Source: the human T2T-CHM13v2.0 reference genome, Homo sapiens
Direction: 5' to 3' (one strand)
DNA length: 64,000 bases
NCBI RefSeq assembly: GCF_009914755.1
Contig: NC_060931.1
Shown: piece after piece, positions 43,741 through 63,273 of the stretch
Position numbering within the stretch: position 1 is the first letter of the stretch
Layout of the letters: each line of letters begins with the position of its first letter
Program-made: the position numbers and the translations under genes
Notes under the pieces: model-generated
Told to the model about the DNA's origin: nothing
Database searches by the model: none
Seen by the model: the letters and a program-made list of their open reading frames with translations, nothing else

Positions 43741-44216
43741 TGACTTAAGGGGACTACAAGGGAGAAGAGAAGAACAGAGGCATCATCTAACATTGTTTTT
43801 TCAGGGTTAAAGAGCACCAGTGCCCATGCTGTTAGCTTGTCTCATTGGAATCATGGCTAGGACTGATTTTATAACATGCTCACGCAATCTGGTTCATAGG
43901 AACTCACAAGCTGTCCCCCAGAAACCCAATGCTGATGGAGAAGGCAGGAGAACCACTTCCATTATTGCAGGCAGGAGTCATAAATTCCAGTCCCTGCTCA
44001 GTCACCAACTTGCTGTGGAAGACCTTGTGAAAGTCATTTAATTCCCCTAGACCTTAACCGTTGCCTCTCTAAGATGAGGCTATTGAGCTTTAAGAAGAGA
44101 GATCATATAATTTATCAGAAAAACCAAGACATTTTCGCCAGAACACATGTTAAACTGGACAGGTGACTGCATGGCAAACCAGGACTGCTGGGCGTGCCAT
44201 CTCAAAAATCCCTGTG

Positions 44217-44527
44217 GACTGGGCATGGCGGCCCGCGCCTGTAATCCCAGCACTTTGGGAGGCTGAGGCTGGCAGATCATTTGAGGTCAGGAGTCCGAGA
44301 CCAGCCTGGCCAACATGGTGAAACCCCCGTCTCTACTAAAAATACAAAAAAAATAAAATAAAATTAACTGGGTGTGGTGGCTAAGTCAGGAGGCTGAGTC
44401 AGGAGAATCACTTGAGCCCGGGAGGCGGAAGTTGCCATGAGCCAAGATCGTGCCACTGCACTCCAGCCTGGGTGAAAGAATGAGACTCCTTCTAAAAAAA
44501 AAAAAAAACAGAAAAACAAAAAAAAAA
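44217..44527 (+). mobile_element. AluS
   Basis: TSD aaaa(a/g)tccctgt. Confidence 0.92.
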
Positions 44528-44793
44528 GTCCCTGTGAACACTGGAGTCTGATTCAAAAGGCCCTTCCCCCAAGAGTAACCCCAAAACTTTCAATAACACA
44601 GGCAAAATTAAGAAGAACCCAAACACAGTAATGTAACAAAAATTGCTACTTTGGACAAGATATTTTAAATACAGTTTCACTGTTGTAAAAGTGAGAGGCA
44701 GAAGGAACTTCATATCAGAAATTAAGATAGCTTATTTAGGAAGGGGTATTGAATTATTTTCTAGAACCTATTGAGGTTTAAAATACATATATA

Positions 44794-45125
<332 letters not shown>

Positions 45126-45129
45126 TCAA

Positions 45130-45345
45130 CAAAGGGAAGAAACTTCTAAGGACCAGAAGTTTTTAGCAATGAAACAGACCTCTCTGCAAGAAGAGGGTTC
45201 CCCATCACCAGAAGTATTTCGGCAGGTTCTGGGTGGTCATCTCCTAGGGTCATAGTGGAAACAACTTTTCACTGGAAGAGAGGCTACATGAGGTAGTCTC
45301 TAAGATACTGTCCACTTCTAAGACTTGTGACTTCTATGATTCTAG
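45130..45345 (+). mobile_element. L3/CR1 LINE 3' end
   Basis: ttccccatcaccagaagtatttcggcagg...ctctaagatactgtccacttctaagacttgtgacttctatgattcta. Confidence 0.7.
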
Positions 45346-46221
45346 GGCTCTGGATTCTAGGGTTCTGACTGAATCAGTAGTTAAATATCATCTAACACAG
45401 TCCCTTAGAGCAGGGCACTTCATGCATTAACATCTCACAGAAAGCCACCACCACCCAAACTGTCATATGTGTGCTGATGTTAAACTGCTTGCCTGCTGCT
45501 TGGCCCAGAATGAAACTGAGTTTCATTTTGACTAAAACATTTTTAATGCATTTGGGAGAAACAAAAAAGTTCTAATAACACACCTCAGGTCTATGAAAAG
45601 AATATTGCTCCACAGCCAGTTCACGGCAAAAGAGGAGCACATCGGCCCGTATAATAAAATTCTATCTCAGTCATTTAATATTTAGTGGAAGGCTAGTGGA
45701 AGTAAAATCAGACCTGGATTCAGTTCAACACATGGGGCAGTAATGCAAAGTGGGCCAATGATGAGCCTTTGCATTCATTTGTGTTGGCAGATGTCCAAGG
45801 CTGCTTCACATCTGTACTGTGAAGCCTCTGTTGGCAGGCAGTGTGGAAGAAAACATGCAATGTTTTTCCCCACGTTGTGGTGCCCTTTCTGGGGCAAAAG
45901 AGCAGGGCTGTTGCTGACTGATTGAGTGTTGCTTGCAGCAAACTCTACAGCTCAAGGAAAAATCCGTCACCCTTCTGGAACTTTAGAGCTATGCTTCACA
46001 GCGAAACTAAACCTGAGAGCTATACAGAAGGGTGAAAGGGTGAGCTAAATTGAAAGGGCTGAGCAGTGTTGGAGGGCATTAGATTTACAAGGATGCCTCT
46101 TAACTCAAAGAGTATTCTCTTTTCCTTTATAGGGCTGGAAATTCGTAATTTATGCTGTTTTAAAGCAAGGACTGATAGGAATGTCAATTTTCTTCCTCTT
46201 TGATCATAAAAAATATATATC

Positions 46222-46538
46222 TTTATTTATTTATTTATTTTTAGAGACAAGATCTCACTCTGTCACCCAGGCTGGAGTGCAATGGCGCGATCACGGCTCA
46301 CCACACCCTCGACCACCCAGACTCAGGTGATCTTCCCACCTCAGCCTCCGGAGTAGCTGGGACTACAAGCCTGTGCCACTCCACACAGCTAAATTTTTTT
46401 TGTGTGTTTTTTTATATTTTGTAGAGATGGGGTCTCGCTGTGTTGCCCAGGCTGGCCTCTAATTCCTGGGCTCAAGCCATCCTTCTGCTTGGGCCTCCCG
46501 AAGTGCTAGGATTACAAGCATGAGCCACCACATCCAGC
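46222..46538 (-). mobile_element. AluJ
   Basis: Dimer. Confidence 0.9.
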
Positions 46539-46547
46539 CAAATATAT

Positions 46548-46870
46548 CTTTTATTTATTTATTTATTTTTAAGAGGCAGGGTCTTGCTCTGCCACCCAGG
46601 CTGGAGTGCAGTGGCGCGATAATGGCTCACTGCAGCCTCGAATGAATTCCTGGGCTCATGTGATCCATCCACCTCAGATTCCTAAGAAGCTGGGACCACA
46701 GATGCCCACCACCATGCCTGGCTGATTTTTAAATTTAAATTTAAATTTTTTCTAGAGATGGAATCTTGCTATGTTGCCCAGACTGGTCTCTAACTCCTGG
46801 TCTCCAGTGATCCTCCCACCTCCGCCTCCCAAAGTGCTGGGATTCCAGGTGTGAACCACTGTGCATGGCC
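46548..46870 (-). mobile_element. AluJ
   Basis: Dimer. Confidence 0.9.
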
Positions 46871-47066
46871 TCAATTGTTCTTTTTGAGTCTCATCTCTGA
46901 AACTGGCTAAATAAGTCACCTACAATGTGAAAAACTACACGAATAAAAGACATGTAACACATTAGCTCTACAAGAATGAAATGCACTATACAGATTCAAG
47001 GACAAGTATTCTGATTTATAGGCTTTTGTAGGACTCAGTTAGCAAGATATAAAAGTAGCCATTATC

Positions 47067-47362
<296 letters not shown>

Positions 47363-47642
47363 GGCAGTCGTTATCAAAGGCATTTCCTCACCACGGCTGG
47401 GTTCTTTATAAATATCAGGTGATGGGACCATCGCCTGAAGCATCTTGGCCAAAATATTTGAGAGTTAGGGTCCAAAGACCTAAATAAGAAACTGACCATC
47501 AGTGTGGCTCAGGTAAACATTCCACTTTCTAATCATTATCTAAAAAATAGAGACAATACAATCTGCTTACCATGGTTACTATGGTGATTAAATTTTCTAA
47601 TTAATTATTTGAAAAATGTAATGAGCACTTAAAGTAAGAGTC

Positions 47643-48478
47643 TAAATAGACACTTCCCCAAAGACATAGAAATCGCCAATAAGTATAGGAACATCATTAG
47701 TTATCAATGAAATTCAAATCAAAATGAGTCAGATACCACTACACATTCACTAGAATGGCTGTAATCAAAAAGATGATAAAAAGTCTTGGTGAAGATGTGG
47801 CGAAATTGGTGCCCTCATACAGTGCCGGTGGGAATGTAAAATGATGTGGCCACTTTGGAAAACAGTCTAACAGTTCCTCAAAAGGCTAAACATAGAATTC
47901 TCAAAATAATCCCGGGATTTTACTCTTAGGTATACACCCAAGAGAAATGAAAACATAAGTCCACACAAAAACGTATACATAAATGTTCATAGCAGCATTA
48001 TTCATAATAGCCAAAAAGTGGAAATAATCCAAATGTCCATCACCCGATGAATGGATAAATAAAATACGGTAAATATCTATGACGAAATATTATTTGGCAA
48101 CAAAAGGGAATTAAGAATACATGCTACTGTATGGATGAATCCTGAAAACGCTATACTAAGTGAAACAAGCCAGTCACGAAAGACCACATATTGTGTGATT
48201 CCATTTCTATGAAAGGTTCAGAATAGGTAAATCCAAAGAGACAGAAAGTAGATCAGTGGTTGCCTGGGGCTGGAAGGAGGAGAGGGAGTGGGGTTTGGGG
48301 AAGGTAAAAGCTAAGGGCTGTAAGGCTTCTTTCTGGGGGTGATGAAAACATTCTAAAAGTGATCATGGTGATGGTTGCACAACTCTGTGAATATACTAAA
48401 AGTCATTGAATTGTACACTTTAAATGGGTGAATGGTATGTTATATGAATTACATCTCAATAAAGCTATTTCAAAAAAT
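47643..48478 (+). mobile_element. L1MB-like 3' end (ORF2 C-terminus and 3' UTR)
   Basis: atgttcatagcagcattattcataatagccaaaaagtggaaa...gatggttgcacaactctgtgaatatactaaaa...ctcaataaagct. Confidence 0.88.
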
Positions 48479-49451
48479 ATGCCAAGCAATTTCCTAGGTA
48501 CTCAGTACATAACGAATGTGAAATGCACATGGTATGAGCTTGATAAATACAATGCAAACATGTAATGCCTCATTTACTTTGAATAAAGGGGAAAATAACT
48601 TTTAAAAGGAATACAAATGCATGCAAAATATAACAGCCTAAATTAATGTGCTAATTAGGAATAAAATAACCATAACTAAGGCATATCACCACGTGGTGTT
48701 GTACTGGGACATCATTAAGCTACACTTAAGTGTACAGTTAGGCACAGCCTTCAATGGCAATAATCTTTGGTAATATGCCATTGAGTCATAGTGTTATTTA
48801 AACAGAAAGCGAAGGTCATTATAAACCACACCTGAGAATCAAAGACAAAGTGATACAATGACAGTTTATTGCAAGACAAGAGAAACTGTGCCTCTATCTT
48901 TCTTGTCTTGGCTGTCATATCCTGAATGGGTGTGATTTGCACACTTTCCTACCTCCCCCACACAGTCACTCATAATGCAAGAAAACAGAAATCTTGCTTT
49001 TCCATATCAAGGAATTTTTTAAAAATCAGTGACATACTTCTCTAGTCCCTAACCTTTCCCATTCTCTTGTTATCCCCAGGAGGCTGTCATTTCAAAGCCT
49101 AAGAGCTAACACAACCCTCAGATTATTGATGGGAGTGGGTCCCATAGAAGTCACCATCCATGTCCTGCTCAAGTAATGCGTGAGCAGTCTGGGAACAGAC
49201 GCTGGCACCTACCCGAGCTTTCAGTGACTCAAGCTCTTAGCATTCTTGTTTAGGCTTGACATTATGGATGGAGGAAGGTATCCTGGGGAAGCACGTTAAC
49301 ACAAGCAAAGGCAGTTTTGTGAAATGTTTCCAGCAGCGATCATACATCTGGTCCACCCAGCTCTGGGCAAAAGGGCTGATGTTGTGCCGATCCCAGTAAG
49401 GACCAGAACTCTGGATGGAGAGCATGTGTGGGTGCATGAAAAGTTTACTCA

Positions 49452-49820
<369 letters not shown>

Positions 49821-49848
49821 TTAAATGAAATTCCAAGGCATTTGCTGA

Positions 49849-50202
<354 letters not shown>

Positions 50203-50469
50203 TAAAACCTGAAAATAGAATGCAAGTTCTAAGCCTGAAAAACACACCAAGAAAAGTTACTTTACAAAATATAAATAAGTTATGTTCCTTCTTTTCATTC
50301 ACTAATTGTTTGTTTTGCTTTGTAACTGAGAAACACTTTGCACAGCAACGATGTGATAACCAGTGGCTAAGTTCCAAAGGTACCCACCAAAGACTGTTGA
50401 CCTATAACCACTCCACCTTCCCAGTAATTCTAGTAGTATTGATGCAAGGCAGGCAAGCACCAAATTAGG

Positions 50470-52241
<1,772 letters not shown>

Positions 52242-52263
52242 TCAGGGGAAAATTATCTCCAAA

Positions 52264-52485
52264 GTGTTTGAGACCAGCCTGGGCAACATGGAGAAATCCT
52301 ATCTCTACAAAAAAATACAAAAATTAGCCCGGCATGATGGTGTGCACCTGCAGTCCCAGCTACTTGGGAGGCTAAGGTGGGAGGACCACTTGAGTCCAGG
52401 GGTGTTGAGGCTACAGTGAGCCATGCTCGATTGAACGGAATGCACCACTGCACTGCAGCCTGGGTGACAAACAAACAAACAAAAA
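52264..52485 (+). mobile_element. AluJ, 5'-truncated
   Basis: TSD ctccaaag. Confidence 0.88.
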
Positions 52486-52769
52486 CCTCCAAAGGACAAT
52501 GAATTATATGGCACATTTCCATTGAAAGTTGATTTATTTTCAATGTACTGCCTCCCCCAGGGGTGATATTCCTCTAAATTGCACAGGTAAAACAAGTAGG
52601 TACACATGAAAAATTTTTACTTAGTAATGTTGCTTATTTTTAGCTGTCCAGAAGTTATTTTTATTCACCTTATTTCCTAAGAAGCTCAGCAATTTTCTAA
52701 TTTATCATCAACAACATTTAATTGAACACTCTTTCACATGTAATTGCTAGCTGCCTGTACTTGTAAAAT

Positions 52770-52930
52770 AGGGCTGAGAATATAGAGTCAACTAACCCAG
52801 GTTCAAGCCCCTGCTCAGTCACGTATAAATAACTTTAAGCAAATCCATCAAACCTCAGTTCCTTTATCGCTATATAAAGTGAAAGCCTTGAACAAGAAGA
52901 AATTATATGATATCTTAAATCCCTTATAGG
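52770..52930 (+). mobile_element. MIR
   Basis: aacccaggttcaagccc...aacctcagttccttta. Confidence 0.55.
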
Positions 52931-53177
52931 TATGGTTGTTATTCTCTGAAGGATAATGTTTTCCTTAATCCGTATAAGTTATTATTGCAATCTTGTCTTC
53001 AGAATGATTTTATAGTGTGCAATTTTTCACTAAAATTTATTGACAGCCTAGAATAATCCAAAATTGCAGATTTTAGAGAATAAATAGAAAATGGCTTCCA
53101 AGGCAGTATTTCTGCCTTTATATGAAGAAATTATTTGGATATCATTTTAAAAATTTAAACATACAAATTACATAAAT

Positions 53178-53469
53178 AGGTCAGGTACAGTGGCTCATGC
53201 CTATAATCTCAAAACTTTGGGAGCCTGAGGCAGAAGGATCACTTGAGGCCAGGAGTTCAAGATCAGCCTGGGCAACATAGTGAGGCCTCATCTCTACAAA
53301 AATAGCTAAAAATAAAAAAATTAGCCAGTCATGGTAGTCCCAGTTACTAGGGAGGCTGAGGCAGGAGGATAACTTGAGCCCAAAAGTTAGAGGCTGCAGT
53401 GAGCTATGATTGTACTACTGCACTCCAGCTTTAGGCAGACCCTGGCTCAAAAAGAAAAAAAAAAAGAAA
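53178..53469 (+). mobile_element. AluJ
   Basis: Dimer. Confidence 0.9.
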
Positions 53470-53652
53470 TTATATAAATAGCATGCATTTATTATATCAA
53501 TAAACACGTAAGTATACATTAGCAAATTAATAATATATTAATAGCTAGTTAATATTTTAAATAACCGATTAGTATTAATCATAGCTAACAAACTGCATAG
53601 ATGTGTCAAATATGATGTAACCTTCACAATGACACCGTGAAATTTATACTAT

Positions 53653-53945
53653 TTTTTTTTTCTTTTTGAGATGGAGTCTCGTTCTGTCGCCCAGGCTGGA
53701 GTGCAGTGGCACGATCTCAGCTCACTGCAACCCAACCTCCTGGGTTCAAGCGACTCTCCTGCCTCAGCCTCCCCAGCTGGGATTACAGGTGCCCGCCACC
53801 ACGCCCAACTAATTTTTATATTTTTAGTAGAGACGGGGTTTTGCTGTACTGGCCATGCTGGTTTCGAACTCCTGACCTCAGGTGATCCGCCTGCCTCGGC
53901 CTCCCATAGTGCTGGGATTACAGGCATGAGCCACCATGCCTGGCC
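53653..53945 (-). mobile_element. AluSx-like inserted in a MIR
   Basis: TSD aaatttatactatt; MIR core continues 53950-54050. Confidence 0.92.
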
Positions 53946-54064
53946 AAAATTTATACTATTATTATCCTTATTTTACAAATAAGGGAGATTGGAGATACTA
54001 AGTAACTTATCCAAGATCACACAGCTTGTAAGTGGTAGAGCCCAGGGCCTTTCACTGCCAAAAT

Positions 54065-54124
54065 TGGGATATTATTGTATATTATTGAGATATCATTGTA
54101 TATTAATGGGATATTATTGTATAT
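54065..54124. repeat. 21-bp minisatellite, ~3 copies
   Basis: tgggatattattgtatattat / tgagatatcattgtatattaa / tgggatattattgtatat. Confidence 0.85.
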
Positions 54125-54345
54125 ACTGTTTTGTGATTTGCTTTTTAAATTTAACATGTCCTAACTATAGTTCTTTGTCACACGTTTACTTCAATAGCTT
54201 CATTTTGAAGGACGGCAGGGTATTCTATATACATGAATGCATGAATACACTGTTATTTGCTTAAACGTTCCTCCATTGTTGGGCATTTAGACAGTTACCA
54301 GTTTTTTTACTCCTTGTACACAAATTTTTGTAAATCTAATATTTA

Positions 54346-54650
54346 GACTGGGTGCAGTGGCTCACACCTATAATCCTAGTCCTTTGGGAGGCTGAAACAG
54401 GAGGATCACTTTAGCCCAGGAGTTCAAGACAAGCCTAGGCAACGTAGTGAGAACCGGTATCTACCAAAAAAAAAAAAAAAAAAACTTTATCGGGCATGGT
54501 GGCACATGCCTGTGGTCCCAGCTATTGCGGAGGGGCTGAGGTGGGAGGATTGTTTGAGCCCAGGTGGTCAAGGCTGCATTGAACTGTGATTGCTCCACTG
54601 CACACCAGCCTTGGTGACAGAGTGAGACCCTGTATCAAAGAGAAAAAAAT
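54346..54650 (+). mobile_element. AluJ
   Basis: Dimer. Confidence 0.9.
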
Positions 54651-54670
54651 TAAACATTTCTTCCAAATAA

Positions 54671-55018
<348 letters not shown>

Positions 55019-55411
55019 AAAAGCCATATTTTTAAGACTTAAAAAAAATATACTGACTATGTATTTCATGTTTTTTTTTTAAATGTAGTTTTTAATACTT
55101 TGAGGTTATCTAAAAGATTGTTAAACGTTTTGTTGGTTGTTGTCAATAGTTCCTCTTGTGGTCTTAGTCTGCCACTTAAAAGAGAAATTCAAGTAAGTGA
55201 AGAGATAGTTCAGCAGTTCCCAATAGATGAAAGAATGAGGGGATAAATTTTTTGTTTTCCCCACTCTTTGTGGAAAATTACAGAAATGGACAGAGTAAGT
55301 GCCAGGAAGGAAATTGATTCCCTTCACGGGTGTGGTATTGGAACTGAACAACAGAGAAGAAAACTGAAACATTAAGGACAAGTATTTTGGTACCAAACAT
55401 TCTTTTCTCTT

Positions 55412-55545
55412 AAAATTTTATTGTATATATTTAAGATACTCATCATGTTTTTATATACATATGAATCATAAAATGGTTACTATAGTCAAGCAAATTAACA
55501 TATTTATCATCTCACATAGCTACCTGTTTTTGTGTGTGTGGCAAG
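55412..55545 (-). mobile_element. L1MA-like 3' end
   Basis: ttttattgtatatatttaag...gtcaagcaaattaacatatttatcatctcacatag. Confidence 0.75.
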
Positions 55546-55551
55546 GCAAAC

Positions 55552-55883
<332 letters not shown>

Positions 55884-55919
55884 TAGCTTTTTGGCCAAAC
55901 ATTTTTTAAAGCCCTAGAT

Positions 55920-56100
55920 CGTCAGAATAGAGGTTACTTGGGGAGGAACGTGGGATGGGATTTGACTGAAGAGATGAAAGGCAGGAGGGAAACTCCTCAG
56001 GTACTAGAAATAACATATATTAAATCTAGGTGGTGGTCATGTGTATAAAAACTCATCTTGCTGTGTACTTTACAGTACATAAATGACGCCTTCAAAGAAA
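55920..56100 (+). mobile_element. Old L1 (L1ME-like) 3' end
   Basis: gtcagaatagaggttacttgggg...atctaggtggtggtcatgtgtataaaactcatc. Confidence 0.6.
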
Positions 56101-56305
56101 CAAACTCAGATAGTTGGCATCATGGAAACCAAACATTCAGGAACAAATGGACTTCTGTTTTTCTCTCAGATATTTTATATATGTTTTACTATAATTTAAG
56201 CATTCCATGTTTAAGCCATAAATAAATAAATAAACACAGTAACTCTGACAAACTGACAGAGTATTTTTTTTCTTTTTCTAAATATTTGTTTGGATGAATC
56301 CACAC

Positions 56306-56632
56306 TTCTTTTCTCTCTTTTTTTTTTTTTTTTTTTTTTTTTGATACAGGGTCTCACTCTGTCCCAGGCTGGAGTGCAGTGATGCAATCACAGCTTATTG
56401 CAGCCTTGAAGTACTGCTGGGCTCAAGCGATCCTCCCACCTCAGCCTTCCGAGTAGCTGGGACCACAGGCACATGCCACCACAGCCAGATTATGTTTTTT
56501 TTTAAAAAATGCTTTGAGAGACATAGCCTCCCTATGTTACCCAGGCTGGTCTTGACCTCTGGGCTCAAGCGATCCCCTCGCCTTAGCCTCCTAAAGTGCT
56601 AGGATTATAGGTGTGAGTCACCATGCCCGGCC
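56306..56632 (-). mobile_element. AluJ
   Basis: Dimer. Confidence 0.9.
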
Positions 56633-57065
56633 CCATTTCTTATTTAACCAATCCCTAACAGTTGGGCATTTAGATAGCCTTCAATTTTTTGCTATGATTT
56701 CTCCTGGCACATATACTTTTGAGTGTACCTTTAATTATTAACTGAAGAGAGGTTCCTGGGAAACTGTGTTTCAGACATCTGAAGAGAAGGAGATGACATG
56801 CAAATTCTGCCAGCATTTATCTAGAAGTTAAATGGGGCACAACGTGTCTCAACAGAATAAGACTTTGATCAAACACTGTTAGGTCGCTTGGGCCACATTA
56901 GAATAAAAGGCTCGGAATGCAGCATTCACTCATCTTTAAAAAATATTGGCATTTGGAGTAATCCAAAAGAGAATAGTATCTAAATAGTCTACTTTTCCTA
57001 AGCATCCACAGGTCATTTTTCTCTCTCCAGAAACTCAATCTCAGTCTTTACATTTTGGAAGATTC

Positions 57066-57769
<704 letters not shown>

Positions 57770-58649
57770 CCTGCAGAAAATGTTAACCTAACTTTTGATA
57801 AAAGTGCATCTGTCATTATCAGCTATGTTATGACACATAGATTGGGATCCTAGCTCTTTTTGACTCAGACTATATTGTACAGGCAATATTTTATTATTAT
57901 TACTTATTAGGTTTTTCTCACACCCATTTATTCATTCATGGAAAGGCAATATTTTTATACTACTGAATAATTACTTGGATGCAGATGTGTTTAACATTAG
58001 ACAAACCTGCTTTCTTTCTGCCCTTTAAACACCCCCACTCCTTTTGTTTTCTAGAACACATATTTTGGTTGGCAGCAGGAAGTAAAACCTCAGCCTCCAT
58101 TTGCATTTCTCTAACCTCTCCATACAATGGCATAGACATTTGTTTGTGAACACAGTATTGTAAGATATCTGTATTTTTGGCTGGAATCCAGTTCATCTGT
58201 TACAATTTAGTGATGTTCTAAGCTTTTACTTCCATCTCTTGGACCCTAAAATGACTTCATGTTTTGGCCAAGCTTCAGAGTTTCAACATCCACAGACAGA
58301 GCCAGACTTTCTTATTCACCCTACCATGCTGGGCTGCCACCAGCAGTTTCTGGGGCATGAAAAACATCCAAACTGGCAAACTTCAGAAAGAGCAGGCATT
58401 TTTTTTTCGAAGCATATTTTGTGACAAAAGGCCAACCTGTTCCCCTGATTAAAATATGCAGTGGAGTTATTTTAGCTTCTGAAATTTTCCATTCTGAATA
58501 AGAATTTATATTGAGAAAATGGCGATAAAAAGAAGAAGAATCCTATCAACTCTCCTTAGCTTAGTAACTATAGGTGCTCTGAAACCGATAACATTGGTCT
58601 GGAACCTTATAACCCTCACCTAGATAAATGCTTCGGATGCAAGTAGTCA

Positions 58650-58939
58650 AGCTTACACCTATCTCTCCTCCCCACAATCAGCCTGGCAGGAGAGAATTCT
58701 TCTCTGTGGAAACTAAACAGCCCCAGAAAAAAAAGACCTACAAATACCCGCATTTATAGGTCCGCCCAGGGACAAAACCAGCTTGAAGTCCCATGACCCT
58801 GTGACGAAGCTCTTCAGCCACCAATCTTCTCTGGAACCTGGATTTCCAATTAGCTTGTTATTCCCATATCCTTTAATATGAACAGGCAGCCAAGGAACCA
58901 GACTCTAGAGAAAAGACTCAAACATAAAAGACAGAAACC
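58650..58939 (+). mobile_element. HAL1-like fragment
   Basis: ttctctgtggaaactaaacagccccagaaaaaaaagacctacaaatac...aatatgaacaggcagccaaggaaccagac. Confidence 0.6.
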
Positions 58940-60045
<1,106 letters not shown>

Positions 60046-60532
60046 AAAACTTATGAAAGGAAGACACAGTGGTCATAGTATTCTACGTGGTGTTACCAGA
60101 TCTCTGGGGCATTCTAAGAGTAGCCAGAAATTAAGATATCTACTGAGTTTTAATTGGCAAAATGTAATAACATCGCATGAATCACACAAAATAATTCTGT
60201 AGGCATGTGGGCTGTCAGTTGAGACTTCTAGAAAGATATGCAACATGCGATTCTGATGGGGGAAAGACTGGGATTGAAGAAATTCAGGGTCTAATCATTC
60301 TTTAAATCACTTTCTAACTCGTGTCTTACATTTTCCCAACCTGTAAAGGGGAATGAGTAATAGCTGCTAGCTCAGTCTCCCAAAAGTGTTGAGGCAAAGC
60401 CAACACTGGTCACATGGTACATTCTGCATCTTGAAAGATGTCTTATGTGATCCTCACATCTGATGTCATTATGTTGGGTTAGTTGGTAAAGAAAGTGTCT
60501 TCATGAGTCTTTTGCTTAAAAAACAGAAAGCT

Positions 60533-60828
60533 GGCCGGGCACGGTGGCTCATGCCTATAATCCCAGCACTTTGGGAGGCCGAGGCGGGCAGATCACAAGG
60601 TCAGGAGATCGAGACCATCCTGGCTAACACAGTGAAACCCCGTCTCTACTAAAAATACAAAAAATTAGCTGGGCGTGGTGGCGGGTGCCTGTAGTTCCAG
60701 CTACTCAGGAGGCTGAGGCAGGAGAGTGGTGTGAACTCGGGAGGTGGAGCTTGCAGTGAGCCGAGATCATGCCACTGCACTCCAGCCTGGGTGACAGAGT
60801 GAGACTCCGTCTCAAAAAAAAAAAAAAA
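60533..60828 (+). mobile_element. AluY
   Basis: gagatcgagaccatcctggctaacac, ggagcttgcagtgag. Confidence 0.94.
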
Positions 60829-61041
60829 GTTATTCTTTTACCCCATACAGAGAGAAGGAAATTGTCTTTGAGTGATAGAGGTTTTATTGAACAAGAGTCA
60901 GGATGTTGGCTCCCATAGGCTTTTTCTAGTATTTAAAATGTTCTTTGTTAGTCAGTAAGAATCTTGCTTTACCTGTATTATTAGGAAAGATACTTGGATA
61001 TCCAGAGAACCCTTCTTCAAAGTTCTAATGAGATGACAATC

Positions 61042-61326
61042 TTTTTTTTTTTTTTTAACAGAGTCTCACTCTGTCACCCAGGCCGGAGCACAATCTCGGC
61101 TCACTGCAACCTCCACCTCCTGGGCTCAAGTGATTCTCCCACGTCAGCCTCCTGAGTAGCTGGGACTACAGGCATGCACCACCACACCTAGCTAATTTGT
61201 ATATATTTAGTAGAGACGGGTTTCACCATGTTGGCCAGGCTGGTCTTGAACTCCTGAGCTCAAGTGATTTGCCCGCCTTGGCCTCTCAAAGGGCTGGGAT
61301 TACAGGTGTGAGCCACCGTGCCCAGC
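61042..61326 (-). mobile_element. Alu (S/J)
   Basis: TSD tgagat(g/a)acaatct. Confidence 0.92.
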
Positions 61327-61339
61327 TGAGATAACAATC

Positions 61340-61435
61340 TTCTTAAACTTGTCAAGCCTCAGTTTCTTTATCTGTAAAATAAGGATAAAATCTACATCAT
61401 CTACTTGACAGAATTGTTTTGAGGATTCAATAGAT
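61340..61435 (+). mobile_element. MIR
   Basis: aagcctcagtttctttatctgtaaaataaggataa. Confidence 0.75.
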
Positions 61436-61617
61436 CTTTATGTTCATTTATTCTCAGTAAATATTCATGCCGATTGCTGGGAATGTAATGGTCAAAAAAA
61501 GAGACATGGTCCACACCTCCCTAAAGTCTCCAGGTAAGGGGATTAGATGAGGTATGTAAATCACACAAAACAGTTCTCCGTACATTAGTAGATGTCAGTA
61601 AATATTAGTTCCTTAAC

Positions 61618-62398
<781 letters not shown>

Positions 62399-63273
62399 CT
62401 AACCCTTGAGATAAGAACCCTCAAAGTCACTCCTGCAAATCTAAGTCAAGACCCTGAAATCAGCAAAAAACCAGTTGCAACCTGGTTCCTTATTTTGTAA
62501 AGTCATATTGCCCATATTTACAACTCTAGGCCACTGCTAGCCAAACTGTAAGCATTGGAGTCATTCTTCTGCCCTGTAATATAAAACTTGGGAGGGAGCA
62601 AGTCACTCAGTTTATCTTCCCCAGAGAGCTGGGAAAAGTAATATTATGTCCAGAGCATAAGGGATTCAGAAGTTTACCAAAGTCCTGGGAACTTAAATTG
62701 TAGGCAAAGATAATATTACTGTTGGTCACTGTCTACTTATTTTCTATTTAAGGAGTTTTATCTTCTTAGTAGAGGGGGTTGGTTTAATAGAGTGTAAGGG
62801 GAAAAGTCTAGTGAGTGTATTGATTGACCATAGGATGATAAATGTGGGCAACTTATTTCCTAATCTTCCTCCAGATTTGACTAGCTGAGGGTGAATAAAA
62901 TTATTTTTAATATAGCCAAGTCTTTTTTCTTTGCCTTGGGATTCTGCTACCATATATGTGCCTGGATGACACTTCTCTCCACCACCCCACCAAGAAAGAG
63001 TAAGAATTTATAGATGGGCACCAGGTAAAAGATATTTCAACATATGGTACTCTATGCCCAAATGTAGAGTTTTAGCATCTCAGCTAGGAACAATTAAGTT
63101 ATGCCAGCGTAGTACTTAAGGAAGGAAAGAAAGAAATACATACGGTATTTACACATCAAATACACCCACATTTTACTAGAAAAGAAGATGGTTATAATAC
63201 CTCATACCTCATGAGAAAGAACAAGGACCTTCATTATCAAGGGAAGAAAAGGTTTCTAAGGTATTGCACATAT

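Noticed and set aside
54065-54124. CRISPR-like array
   Set aside because: Direct tandem copies without spacers in mammalian DNA; no cas genes
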